From positions 9,257-73,256 of IMG/VR virus record IMGVR_UViG_3300011008_000043: a stretch of DNA of 64,000 nt; one strand, written 5' to 3'. The translations under genes were made by a program, and so were the position numbers. This DNA is from a virus. Lineage: Duplodnaviria > Caudoviricetes. Positions 47,019 to 56,765 of the stretch are shown here, in pieces; the stretch's first letter is position 1, and each line of letters begins with the position of its first letter. The notes below the pieces were generated by a model. It did no database searches, was not told the DNA's origin, and saw only the letters and a list, made by a program, of their open reading frames with translations.

Positions 47019-50000
47019 GTGGCGAAGGACATTAAGCAGACCTTGGACGGGTGGATAGACTATTCCAGCCCGAAACTCGGCACTTTCCTTACGCGGACTT
47101 GGAAGAATCAGCAACAGGCGTTGACGTACAAGGAAATCCGCGAGGCCATTCAAAACGGACAGCTCGACATATCCTACCTGAGCCAATGGAGGCAGGATTA
47201 CAGCAAGTTCATAATCAACGGATACGCGCCACTGGCCCAGCAGGCCATAGACAACAGCGTGAAGGCGGTCACCTCACAGTTTGGAGTCGGCGCGAAGATT
47301 CTACAGAACCAATACATCGACAATTTCATCAGCAGCAGAGGCGGCAAGCTCATACGCGAGGTTACGCAAGAGCAGTACAAGGCGATCAACGTACTGGTAC
47401 GGCAGGCAACCATGAGCGAGGGCATGGACGTTCAAGAACTGGCGAAAGCGATAAGGCCCACGGTGGGCCTGACACAAAGACAGAGCATGGCAGCGTTTCA
47501 CCGGTACGAGCAGGCGAAGAAAGACGGATACTCGGAGGATGAAGCGCGACAGCAGCAGGCAGCATACGCGGAGAAGCTGCACCGGCAGAGAGCGGAAACC
47601 ATAGCCATAACGGAAATGGCATACGCTTACAACTACGGGCAGCAGGCATATATGGAACAGTGCATTAAGGACGGCACAATCGGAGGATGCCAGAAGGAAT
47701 GGATAACGGCATTAGACGAAAGAGTGTGCGACATCTGCGGAAGCCTCGACAAGAAAGTTGTGGAAATGGATGAGGATTTCATAGCGGGCGGGATTACGGT
47801 ACCGGTACCACCGGCGCACCCCCGGTGCAGATGCGTTTGCAATTATGTCAACGTTCTGCCGCCTGCCGATTGGGTGGATACATCAATAAACACTCAGAGC
47901 AGCGCAGCCCCGGACGATGTGGAGATACCGGACGATTTCGACTGGTCAAAAACCGGAATGGATTACAAAGGACTTGCGCATCTTGGCGGCACGGGCGAAA
48001 TGCACATCGTCGAAGACTCCCCGAGCGGAGAAGAATTCCTGTTCAAACCGGCTCAATCAAAGAATGGCACAGAAGAGGATTTCCGAGCGTATGTGCAGGA
48101 AGCTGGATACAAGGTTCAGGGCATTATCGACCCGGACAGCGCGGTCGTCGTCGGAACCGGATACGTGGACATACCGGGACGCGGCAACACGTTCGGCGCG
48201 GCGCAGCTCCGCATCCAGAACGTAGACGGAACGTTCGACCTCGAAGCGTGGCAGCTCCACGGCGGGACACTCGACCCGAATATAGTGGCGCAGCTACAGC
48301 GGGAAAATGTTACGGACTGGCTGCTGGGGAATTACGACTGCCACGGCAGGAATTTTGTGCTGACGACAGACGGACGGCTGATCGGAGTAGACAAAGAACA
48401 GTCTTTCCGGTACATCAACGCGAGCGGCGCACAGACAATGAGCCTGAATTATCACCCGAACTCGATTTACCATGAGACGGAGCCGGTCTACAACACACTG
48501 TACAGACGGTTCGCCAATGGGGAGATCGACATAAAGCTCAACGATACGCTGGCGTACATTAAGCGTATCGAGGCTGTATCGGACGCGGATTACAGGGAGA
48601 TATTCAGACCTTACGCGGAAGCCTTGAAGGGCAAAGGGCCGAGTGCGGAGCTGCTACTTGACCAGATTGTAAGCAGGAAGCAGAACGTGCGAGCGACCTT
48701 TGAGAACTTCTATAGCGAGCTGCTTACCCAGCGCAAAGGGACGAAAGTGCAATTCCAGTTCGCAGACAACGGACAGAGCTTGATGTATCAGGCGAAATCC
48801 CCGCTGACAAACACGTTCTCGGTGGCAACGCTGAAAACGATGAAGTTGGCAGACCTTCACCAGCTCGCGAAGGCGCAAGGGATTAAGAACTTCGGGATTA
48901 TGCACAAAGACGAAATCATCACCTGTCTGAGCGACCCGAGTAAGATTCAGCAAATCCACGACACGGCGACAGAGCGAGCGCGGCTGATTGGACAGGCCCG
49001 AAAGACAAAGCAAACCGGGCAGGCCGGAAACGCGAGAACGCTGGAAGGCATTCCGCAGGTATCCGACGCGATAAAGAACCCGGATGCGGTTTTACAGACG
49101 GCAGGCCCGCGAGGCGTAGCGCTAATTGGTGATGCGACCGCGCTTGAGGGCATGGAAGCCACGATGCGAAGGGTGAGCATCGACGGAGAAGAATACATCG
49201 AGCTAACAGGCAAGATGACGCAGACCCGGTGGGAGCAAGCCCTGAACAACATGAACTCTTCCCAGAGTGGTTCATACTGGCGGTACAATCAGGGAGTCGG
49301 GAACATTGATTATACGCAGCCGGTTCTCAACCTGAGCAGCGGAACGGAGAAGATCAGCCTCGGAACCCGATACATCAGGAACGGCGACGATATTCTCATT
49401 GTCGCAGGCTCAGACGCAGCGAGTAGCCAGCGGGCATTGATGGGGCAGTTTAACATCCGCGTAAAGGCAGGCCCGGACGCGGGCATGAGAATACAGGCCC
49501 TAATCAATCAGGCCGGAATCGGAGACGTGACAGCAGAGGCGACAGTGGACGCACTGGACAAATACAAAAAAATGCGCCTGCTGTGGCAGACAGACCCTAA
49601 GACGGCGACCGGGCTTGACCCGACGACGGTCACAGATACGCAACTGACACTCGCGCTAAACCGCGCAGGAATCACTCAGGCACGAATAGACGCGGTGAAG
49701 GTAAAGCAGATTCAGGAAGGTTACTGGACGCTGGTTGACCCGGAAAACAAAGCCATTGCGGACAGAACCGGCGTAGCCTACATTTACCACCAGATTTTCG
49801 ATGAAAGCGCGGTGGCCCCGGTGCTGAAAAGCGGTGAGTTGCTTGCTACTACAAACCGCTGGAACAGAGGAATCGTGAACAGCGGAATGAGCAGCAGCAC
49901 GGACGTGCGGACGGGCGGCGCGGACAGCGTTTTCACGCGAGTTGTATTCAAAGACCATATAGGGACTGACACGCTGTACAGCAGCCATGCCGTGACATTC

Positions 50001-50318
50001 GTGTTTGACAAAGACATTCTTGAAAGAACGGACTGGTACGCATACGGCAGAGACACCTACGGAAAAACGGACGATTACAATATGTCCAGCAGGCGTGGAA
50101 CGGAAGAGTTCTTAAACAAGCTGAAGAACAGCTACAACGGCAGCAACGAAATCATGTTCCGCAAGACAGTGCCGCTGATGAAAGACCTGAAGGAAATCCG
50201 CGTAAGAACAGACTACGACAGGCAATCTTTGCTGGATAGCTTGAAGCAGGAAGGCATTACGCGGTACAATGGAGTCATAATAGAAGACTTCGTGAAGGTA
50301 GGAGGCGGGAAGCTGTGA
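47019..50318 (+). CDS. MuF head-morphogenesis protein fused to kinase-like, Rho-N-like and ART-like domains
   Basis: RAETIA.TE, K.W....D.RVC..C, PPAHPRCRC; FLFKP...DWLLGNYDCHGRN...VDK; LADLHQLAK..GI; YH...S...NEIMF. Confidence 0.8.
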   Translation: MAKDIKQTLDGWIDYSSPKLGTFLTRTWKNQQQALTYKEIREAIQNGQLDISYLSQWRQDYSKFIINGYAPLAQQAIDNSVKAVTSQFGVGAKILQNQYIDNFISSRGGKLIREVTQEQYKAINVLVRQATMSEGMDVQELAKAIRPTVGLTQRQSMAAFHRYEQAKKDGYSEDEARQQQAAYAEKLHRQRAETIAITEMAYAYNYGQQAYMEQCIKDGTIGGCQKEWITALDERVCDICGSLDKKVVEMDEDFIAGGITVPVPPAHPRCRCVCNYVNVLPPADWVDTSINTQSSAAPDDVEIPDDFDWSKTGMDYKGLAHLGGTGEMHIVEDSPSGEEFLFKPAQSKNGTEEDFRAYVQEAGYKVQGIIDPDSAVVVGTGYVDIPGRGNTFGAAQLRIQNVDGTFDLEAWQLHGGTLDPNIVAQLQRENVTDWLLGNYDCHGRNFVLTTDGRLIGVDKEQSFRYINASGAQTMSLNYHPNSIYHETEPVYNTLYRRFANGEIDIKLNDTLAYIKRIEAVSDADYREIFRPYAEALKGKGPSAELLLDQIVSRKQNVRATFENFYSELLTQRKGTKVQFQFADNGQSLMYQAKSPLTNTFSVATLKTMKLADLHQLAKAQGIKNFGIMHKDEIITCLSDPSKIQQIHDTATERARLIGQARKTKQTGQAGNARTLEGIPQVSDAIKNPDAVLQTAGPRGVALIGDATALEGMEATMRRVSIDGEEYIELTGKMTQTRWEQALNNMNSSQSGSYWRYNQGVGNIDYTQPVLNLSSGTEKISLGTRYIRNGDDILIVAGSDAASSQRALMGQFNIRVKAGPDAGMRIQALINQAGIGDVTAEATVDALDKYKKMRLLWQTDPKTATGLDPTTVTDTQLTLALNRAGITQARIDAVKVKQIQEGYWTLVDPENKAIADRTGVAYIYHQIFDESAVAPVLKSGELLATTNRWNRGIVNSGMSSSTDVRTGGADSVFTRVVFKDHIGTDTLYSSHAVTFVFDKDILERTDWYAYGRDTYGKTDDYNMSSRRGTEEFLNKLKNSYNGSNEIMFRKTVPLMKDLKEIRVRTDYDRQSLLDSLKQEGITRYNGVIIEDFVKVGGGKL

Positions 50319-50662
50319 GCATGGACTACAGGAAGACCTACAGAGTCGCCATAGACGACGGAGCAGGCACGATGACGGATTTCGCTATCAGGACGGAACT
50401 CCTGAAGGACGGGAAGCGCGAATACATAAGGTATTACAACTTCGAGCGCGAACACGTTTTCTACGGGAGGCTGAAAAAGCAGACGAAAGACGGATTCGTG
50501 TTTAAGACAGCAGAGAACGGATGGACACTGACGTTTGCAGAATTGACGTTGCAGGACTTTAACGACAACATCAGGCCGAATCTACCGCAGGAAGTCAGCG
50601 AAATGCTGGTAGACCTTGATGACGTTTACACATGGCTGAGACAACAGGCCAAAATCAACTGA
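50315..50662 (+). CDS. Hypothetical protein, candidate immunity partner of the MuF toxin
   Basis: Overlaps MuF stop, followed by a terminator. Confidence 0.55.
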   Translation: MSMDYRKTYRVAIDDGAGTMTDFAIRTELLKDGKREYIRYYNFEREHVFYGRLKKQTKDGFVFKTAENGWTLTFAELTLQDFNDNIRPNLPQEVSEMLVDLDDVYTWLRQQAKIN

Positions 50663-50665
50663 AAC

Positions 50666-50694
50666 AAAGCCCCCGCGAGCGCGGCGGGCTTTTT
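50666..50694 (+). terminator. Intrinsic terminator
   Basis: AAAGCCC...GGGCTTTTT GC-rich stem. Confidence 0.7.
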
Positions 50695-50711
50695 ACATGG
50701 AGGAAAGAGCG

Positions 50712-51197
50712 ATGAAAGATCACAGCTTTGAGACCTTTTACAAACAGCAACCACGGGCAGACCCCGGACAGAAACAGCTCTTCTCCGTCGCGAAAGCGGA
50801 TGAAGAGCGTCACATGGTTTTTGGATGGGCCAGTGTAGCAACCCTCGCGGACGGCTCTACGGTCGAGGATTACCAGAAGGACATTCTCGACATCGACGAA
50901 CTGGAAGAAGCCGTATACCAGTACGTGCTATATTTCCGGGACGGCGGCGAAATGCACCAACGGCGCGGAGTAGGCGTGTTGGTCGAGAGTGTGGTATTTA
51001 CCCCGGCAAAGCTGGAAGCAATGGGCATCCCGGAAGGGACGCTGCCGAACGGCTGGTGGCTGGGGCTGAAGATCACAGATGATGATGTATGGGCAAAGGT
51101 GAAGGACGGAACCTACACCATGTTCAGCATCGAGGGCGAAGCTACGCGGGAACCTGTAGAAGAAGAGACGGAGGAAAATGCCGATGAGCAAGAGTAA
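50712..51197 (+). CDS. XkdF-like putative prohead serine protease
   Basis: KADEE..MVFGWASV, EMH, W..G....DD.VW..VK.G....FSIEG. Confidence 0.85.
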   Translation: MKDHSFETFYKQQPRADPGQKQLFSVAKADEERHMVFGWASVATLADGSTVEDYQKDILDIDELEEAVYQYVLYFRDGGEMHQRRGVGVLVESVVFTPAKLEAMGIPEGTLPNGWWLGLKITDDDVWAKVKDGTYTMFSIEGEATREPVEEETEENADEQE

Positions 51198-52365
51198 GAA
51201 GCCTACCGTCCTTCGGAATCTGAACATCAAGAGCGTGAGCGTGGTCGATCAGGGCGCGAATCAACACGCGCACATCAAGCTCGCAAAACGGGCCGATGAA
51301 GAGGCCCCGGAAGTGAACACGGAAGAGAAGCCGGTCGAAAATGACACGGCTTTTTTCGCGCGTCTGGGGCAGGCTGTTGCGAAGATGTTCAGGATGAATC
51401 CGAGAGAGACGGAAGAAGTCGAAAAGGAAGCGAGATCGTTCGCTACCATCGACGGAACCCGAAAGACCTACGAGCGGATATACCGCATCAGCGATGCGCT
51501 GGGCGACAGTCTCCGCTCCATTGTATCGGACGAAGAGCTGAACGATGAACAGAAGGCTGCTATGATCGTAGAGACGGCAGATCAGGCCGCGAAGGCGATC
51601 AAAACAGATATAGCCGCGATGTTTAACGGGACGGCGGCGGTCACAAAGGGAGAAGCGGACGACAACGGCGAAAAAGGAGTAGGTGAAACGCCAAATCCTG
51701 AAGCTCCCGCAACAGACCCGGCCCCGGAAAGCAACCCGGCAGAAAACACGGCAGCGGAAAACCCCGTTGCAGAATCCAACATTGAGAAGGGAGAAACTGA
51801 CATGAAATTCAACATGGAAGCCATGACCCCGGAAGAGCGGGCGCAGCTCGAAGACCTGCAGAAGCGTTTCGGTGTCGAAGAAGAAGCTCCTGCGGCTCCT
51901 GCCGCTGCTCCCGCTGACCAGAATGAAGGCGCGGGGGATGGAGACGTTTTCAAGGGCCTGCATCCCGCTGTGAAAGCGGAGATCGAGAGCCTGCGGAAGT
52001 TCCGCGAAGAGACGGAAGAGCGCGAGCTGATGGAGATCGCGAAGCGGTACACCATTATCGGGAAGAAGCCGGAAGAGCTGGCCCCGGTGCTGAAGAGCCT
52101 GAAGGCCGCTGGCGGTACCGCGTTTGCGGATATGATCGCCATGCTGGACAGCACGAAGGAAACCGTCGAGAAGAGCGGCGTGTTTGGGGAGATCGGCAAG
52201 CGCGGCAACGTCGCCAGCAACGCGGATGACGCGTGGGGACGGATTGAGGCCGCTGCGGATGAAATCCTGAAGAGCAATGCCAACATCACCCGGGCGCAGG
52301 CCATTGAGAAGGCGTGCGATGTGCACCCCGATCTGGTGGCCGAATACGAAAACAGCCGGAAGTAA
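51178..52365 (+). CDS. Head scaffolding-like protein
   Basis: L..L.I..VS.VD.GANQ.A.I N-terminus; acidic low-complexity and coiled regions. Confidence 0.65.
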   Translation: MPMSKSKKPTVLRNLNIKSVSVVDQGANQHAHIKLAKRADEEAPEVNTEEKPVENDTAFFARLGQAVAKMFRMNPRETEEVEKEARSFATIDGTRKTYERIYRISDALGDSLRSIVSDEELNDEQKAAMIVETADQAAKAIKTDIAAMFNGTAAVTKGEADDNGEKGVGETPNPEAPATDPAPESNPAENTAAENPVAESNIEKGETDMKFNMEAMTPEERAQLEDLQKRFGVEEEAPAAPAAAPADQNEGAGDGDVFKGLHPAVKAEIESLRKFREETEERELMEIAKRYTIIGKKPEELAPVLKSLKAAGGTAFADMIAMLDSTKETVEKSGVFGEIGKRGNVASNADDAWGRIEAAADEILKSNANITRAQAIEKACDVHPDLVAEYENSRK

Positions 52366-52389
52366 GAACCGGCAGAAGGGAGAATAACC

Positions 52390-52779
52390 ATGTACCTGAC
52401 TCATGCAATCAATGACAGCGGCGTTATCTACGGAGAAGCCGCTGCGGCCCTGACGGCCCCGGCGATGAAGGCGGTGGCCTTCGACAGCAACGGGAAGATC
52501 ATTCTTCCTGCGAACTCAGGCGACCTTGCCATCGGCATCGTGCTTGCGGACGCGGCAGACATTGCCGCTGGCGGGCGGGTGAACGTGCAGATCAAGGATA
52601 TCTGCTACGCGCTGGCTGGAGAAACCATCAAGCGCGGCGACCTGCTGATGGCTCATACGGACGGCAGCGTCAAGAAGGCCACAGCAGGCAAATGCGTACT
52701 CGGAATCGCGCTGGGTGACGGAGCTTCCGGCAAACCCGTCGAGATGATGATTATGCACGACAGACTGCCTGCGGAATAA
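52390..52779 (+). CDS. Capsid cement/decoration protein (DUF2190-like)
   Basis: Small Gly/Ala-rich beta protein before the major capsid gene. Confidence 0.7.
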   Translation: MYLTHAINDSGVIYGEAAAALTAPAMKAVAFDSNGKIILPANSGDLAIGIVLADAADIAAGGRVNVQIKDICYALAGETIKRGDLLMAHTDGSVKKATAGKCVLGIALGDGASGKPVEMMIMHDRLPAE

Positions 52780-52802
52780 TCTGAAGAAGGGAGAACAAAC
52801 AA

Positions 52803-53825
52803 ATGAACGCGAAAACCAATGCGTCCATCCAGAAGGCCCTGAGCAATGGATGGAAGCCGAACATGTACCTCACCAACATGAGCGTCGCGCACTTCCAGCC
52901 CGATGACTGGTTCGTGTCCCCGTTCATTTTTCCGATGCTGCCCGTGGCTCTGAGCAACGGCCTGTACAAGGTTTTTGACAAGGGCGATCTGGCGCGGGAC
53001 AACATGGCCCGGAAGCCGGAATTCGGCAAGGTCACTCCGATGCTGTTCGGAAGCGACGAACAGCCCTATTCCTGCGAAGTCGATCAGGTCATCATCGGCC
53101 TTGACCAGATTGCGACGCTGGACTACCAGCGCAGCGCGAATCCGGGAATCACTGACCCCCGGAAGGCGAAAGTCCGGCTGGCGACAGAGCAGGCGAAGCT
53201 GCACATGGATGTGCTGTTTGCCAACGGCTACTTCAAGAGCGGCATTTGGACGAATGAGTGGACTGGCGTTGCCTCCAACCCCTCTACGTCCCAGTTCATG
53301 CATTTCGATGACGCGAATTTCGACCCCATCAACTTCTTCGGCGCACGGCGCGTAGAAATGATGAAGAACGGACGGCGCAAGCCCAATGTGCTGGCGCTGG
53401 GCGTTGAGGCCTATGAAGGCCTGAAGCAGAACCCGGACATCCTTGACCGGGTGAAGTATTCTGGCTCCACGGCGAATCCCGCTACGATCAACACGAATGT
53501 GCTGGCGCAGCTGCTGGAAATCGACCGCGTTGTTGTGCTGAACAGCGTGTACAACAAGGGCGCATACGGAACGACCAATATGGACTTCGTGTGCGACAGC
53601 AAGGGCGCACTGCTGGCCTATGCCGCCCCGAATCCCGCGATTGATGAAGCGTCCGCAGGATACACCATCACGTGGGATATGCTGGGAACCGGCAACTATC
53701 TGGTGTTCGACCAGTGGGAAGGCGAGAACGGCACTCATACCGAGTTCATTGAAGCGCTGATGAGCTGCACCCCGAAGAAGGTGTGCGACGAACTTGGCGT
53801 GTACATGACCGGTTGCGTGGCCTGA
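52803..53825 (+). CDS. Major capsid protein
   Basis: 340 aa, LTN.S.A, G..PN.L.LG motifs; position in head module. Confidence 0.85.
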   Translation: MNAKTNASIQKALSNGWKPNMYLTNMSVAHFQPDDWFVSPFIFPMLPVALSNGLYKVFDKGDLARDNMARKPEFGKVTPMLFGSDEQPYSCEVDQVIIGLDQIATLDYQRSANPGITDPRKAKVRLATEQAKLHMDVLFANGYFKSGIWTNEWTGVASNPSTSQFMHFDDANFDPINFFGARRVEMMKNGRRKPNVLALGVEAYEGLKQNPDILDRVKYSGSTANPATINTNVLAQLLEIDRVVVLNSVYNKGAYGTTNMDFVCDSKGALLAYAAPNPAIDEASAGYTITWDMLGTGNYLVFDQWEGENGTHTEFIEALMSCTPKKVCDELGVYMTGCVA

Positions 53826-54112
53826 TAAAGACCGTTGACAGCTCCGCGCTACAAGCGCAGCCGCATGAGTCCTATCACCTCCCTCATGGGTGATGCCCTC
53901 GCCGGAAGGAACGCGTTATTGCTGCCGCACCAGTGACACGATTATAGAACGGGAGACAGCCTGACCAACTGTCTCCCGTTTGACTGACGGCGCAAAGGGT
54001 ATCTAACGGAGCGTATCGCCTGTGAGGTTTGAATCCTTGCGTACCACGCGGGGGACAAGTAGAACACACGGGCAAAGAAAAAACTATCTTTCAGTAAAAG
54101 GGGGAGAAAACA

Positions 54113-54391
54113 GTGTACACAGCAGAAAAGCCAATCAAGCTGAATGGCAAGGCCTATCCCGTAGGCGCGGAGGTTCCCGAAACAGAGATCAACCCCGGAA
54201 GGGTGAAATCTCTGTTGAAATACGGGATACTTAAATTTGCGCCAGAAATGGCCTCAGCAGCTCCGCCAACGGCGAGCGGGACGAACACCCGCACAGAGAC
54301 AAAAGAGGGCGCAGAAGCTGTTAAACAGCCGTTAAATGGCACAAAGAAACCGGCAGTCAGGAAGCAGCCCGTGAAGAAGGGCGGGAAGTAA
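54113..54391 (+). CDS. Small head-associated hypothetical protein
   Basis: GGGGAG RBS, GTG start. Confidence 0.55.
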   Translation: MYTAEKPIKLNGKAYPVGAEVPETEINPGRVKSLLKYGILKFAPEMASAAPPTASGTNTRTETKEGAEAVKQPLNGTKKPAVRKQPVKKGGK

Positions 54392-54392
54392 G

Positions 54393-54845
54393 ATGGCATA
54401 TACTTACAACCCGGAAGAAATAGCGGTGGAGAGCGTGAGCCGTGCGAGGTTCGAGCTTGGAGATATCGCAGTAGCGGGTGGAGCAGAAAGCTGTTACCTG
54501 TCAGACGAAGAGATTTCAGCGATATTGAATGACAGTACCACGACGCGGTGGAAGAGGAAACTTTTCCGGCTGGCAGACGCGGTGTGCATGAGATTGAGCT
54601 ACGAAACGAACTGGAAGAATGACGGAACGTCGTTCGACCTTTCCCAGAGGGCAGACCGCTGGATGGCGTTGAGAGACAGGCTGAAGAAGGAAGCAGACAC
54701 TGAAGCGAGCCTACCGGCATCGAGCGCGGTACAAGAAAGCCTCAGTGGAGCAGACGGAGGCCATTATTTCCACAGGGGGATGCAGAATTCCCCGTATGTC
54801 CAGCCGCCTTACCCAGACAGCGCAGAAGCGGGTGATCTCAGATGA
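54393..54845 (+). CDS. Head-tail adaptor
   Basis: R..LGD......LSDEEI...L motif. Confidence 0.7.
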   Translation: MAYTYNPEEIAVESVSRARFELGDIAVAGGAESCYLSDEEISAILNDSTTTRWKRKLFRLADAVCMRLSYETNWKNDGTSFDLSQRADRWMALRDRLKKEADTEASLPASSAVQESLSGADGGHYFHRGMQNSPYVQPPYPDSAEAGDLR

Positions 54846-55231
54846 TGCAATTTGGCGCAATAGGGATGAAAAGGCCGGAAGACTTTCCGAAGCTGTTCAA
54901 AATATACCGGCAGGAAACCGCAACAACGGCGCGAGGGCGCGAACGACAGCAAGCCCCGGAACTCATCGGGCAACTGCATTGTATCTTGTCCATCGCAAAG
55001 CCGGATGAACAGCAGAGATTCAATCAGATGGGCGTGACGGTCACTCACACCATCTTCCACACGGGCGCAAAAGCCGCGAAGGAAAACGACATTTTTGCGC
55101 TGTGCAAAGAAGAAGACGGTGAAGCAACCCGATTCTTCCGAGTGCAGGCAGTACAAGACCATGGAGAAATGAGTATTTTCACAACGTACTACTGCGAGGA
55201 AAGAGGCGACGTGAATGGGCTTGACAATTAA
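54842..55231 (+). CDS. Head-closure protein
   Basis: Position; THTI motif. Confidence 0.6.
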   Translation: MMQFGAIGMKRPEDFPKLFKIYRQETATTARGRERQQAPELIGQLHCILSIAKPDEQQRFNQMGVTVTHTIFHTGAKAAKENDIFALCKEEDGEATRFFRVQAVQDHGEMSIFTTYYCEERGDVNGLDN

Positions 55232-55616
55232 CCTGAGCAGCATTCCTGCAAAGGTAATGGCGCAGGTCGAAGCGGAACTCCCCTCCCGGGCAGTACGGGC
55301 AGCGAATGAACTGCTGAACGCGGAGCATGAAATCATGCGCGGGCAAGGCGGCGGGCGAAGATACGGAAACCATCAAGCGTCTGCTCCCGGAGAAGTGCCT
55401 GCTGTATGGTCTGGCCATTACAGAGACAGCTACAAAACGCTGGAAGACAACGCGCATCTGCCCGGAATCGAAAGCGAAACAAAATACGCTCACTGGCTCG
55501 AAGAAGGAACTCCCGGAGGGCAGATGGCCCCGCGACCTCACGTAGAGAAGATTCTACAGATGGCAGAGCCGCAAATCATCGCGATATACTCAGAACCATG
55601 GCACATCAGCGTCTAA
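55215..55616 (+). CDS. HK97 gp10-like neck protein
   Basis: SAPGE.PA...G..R, YA..LE.GT..MAPRP. Confidence 0.75.
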   Translation: MGLTINLSSIPAKVMAQVEAELPSRAVRAANELLNAEHEIMRGQGGGRRYGNHQASAPGEVPAVWSGHYRDSYKTLEDNAHLPGIESETKYAHWLEEGTPGGQMAPRPHVEKILQMAEPQIIAIYSEPWHISV

Positions 55617-55628
55617 TGGAGGCAGAGC

Positions 55629-56537
55629 ATGGATCTGTATCAGAGAATATACGAACGGCTCCGAGAGGACAGCCAACTGCAAAGCCTGACGGCGACGTAT
55701 GACGGCGGGACGGCGGTCTTTTACCAGAGGCCAGCACCGCAGAGTGACAGCCGATGGGAAAGCCCGATACAGTACCCCCGGATTGACTACATACTCGATA
55801 TGACGGAAAACCCGGAACGGAATACGAGCGGGATGCTGTCAATAAACGTCTGGTGCGATGCACAGGTCGGAGCAGAGCCGGAAGATATCGAGAACAGAAT
55901 CAGAGCATTGCTCCACGCGGCATTTGCGCAGACGGACGACACCATCTACTGTTTTGCATGGATGAGGTCGGACGCATTCGAGGTAAAGCAGAAGGACGAA
56001 GAGACGGTACGCACGATTGGCGTAACTGTCATTTTCGACGTTATGGAGTGTCCTACCCTCTCCTTGCTTTACCCAGACCCAATCAAAGCCATGAACGAGT
56101 GGACGAAGACGATTATCCCGGATGCGATTGTGCTGGGGATAGACAGCATCGACGGATGGCAGGAACCCACGAGGGAAAACCCGGTCATCTTCTGGCGACT
56201 GTCCAGCCAATCGCTGAAGAGTAAGCACTTCACCCATACGTGGCTAAACATAACGATGGAAGGGCATGTCTGCTGCACGAACGCGGCAGACAGGCTGCAT
56301 AACCTGTCCATGCTGAACACGGCGGCGGCACTACTCGGGCATATCCCGATGGAGGATACGTCACCGCTGTTCCCCACGGAGTTTCTTTGCAGGCCGAATC
56401 TGAACTATCTCAGGACAGGGCAGATTCATATGGCAGGCAACTTTGGGATATTGCAGCCGGAAAGCCATTTCCAGAATAAGGCGACGGGTGAGCCTCTAAA
56501 CAACCCGATCAACAGTTACAATGATAACCCGGAATGA
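55629..56537 (+). CDS. Tail completion/terminator-like protein
   Basis: Position before sheath gene. Confidence 0.6.
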   Translation: MDLYQRIYERLREDSQLQSLTATYDGGTAVFYQRPAPQSDSRWESPIQYPRIDYILDMTENPERNTSGMLSINVWCDAQVGAEPEDIENRIRALLHAAFAQTDDTIYCFAWMRSDAFEVKQKDEETVRTIGVTVIFDVMECPTLSLLYPDPIKAMNEWTKTIIPDAIVLGIDSIDGWQEPTRENPVIFWRLSSQSLKSKHFTHTWLNITMEGHVCCTNAADRLHNLSMLNTAAALLGHIPMEDTSPLFPTEFLCRPNLNYLRTGQIHMAGNFGILQPESHFQNKATGEPLNNPINSYNDNPE

Positions 56538-56560
56538 CCGGGAGAAGGGAGCAGCTAACC

Positions 56561-56764
56561 ATGGCTGAAAAGAAGACTCAGGAAGTTCAGCAGCCTGTCG
56601 AGGAAGTGTACGAGGCGGCAGAGATCGCTAAGAACGCCCCCCGGCTTTTCGGGTACAGCGTGGACATTGCCAAGGCGGCGCTGGACTTCGCAGGAATTAC
56701 GTCCTGCACACTCACCAAAGCGAAGGAAGTTATCAAAGCTTTCGCGGAAAGGAAGGTAAAGTAA
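56561..56764 (+). CDS. Small protein upstream of sheath
   Basis: RBS, ATG 56561. Confidence 0.55.
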   Translation: MAEKKTQEVQQPVEEVYEAAEIAKNAPRLFGYSVDIAKAALDFAGITSCTLTKAKEVIKAFAERKVK

Positions 56765-56765
56765 A

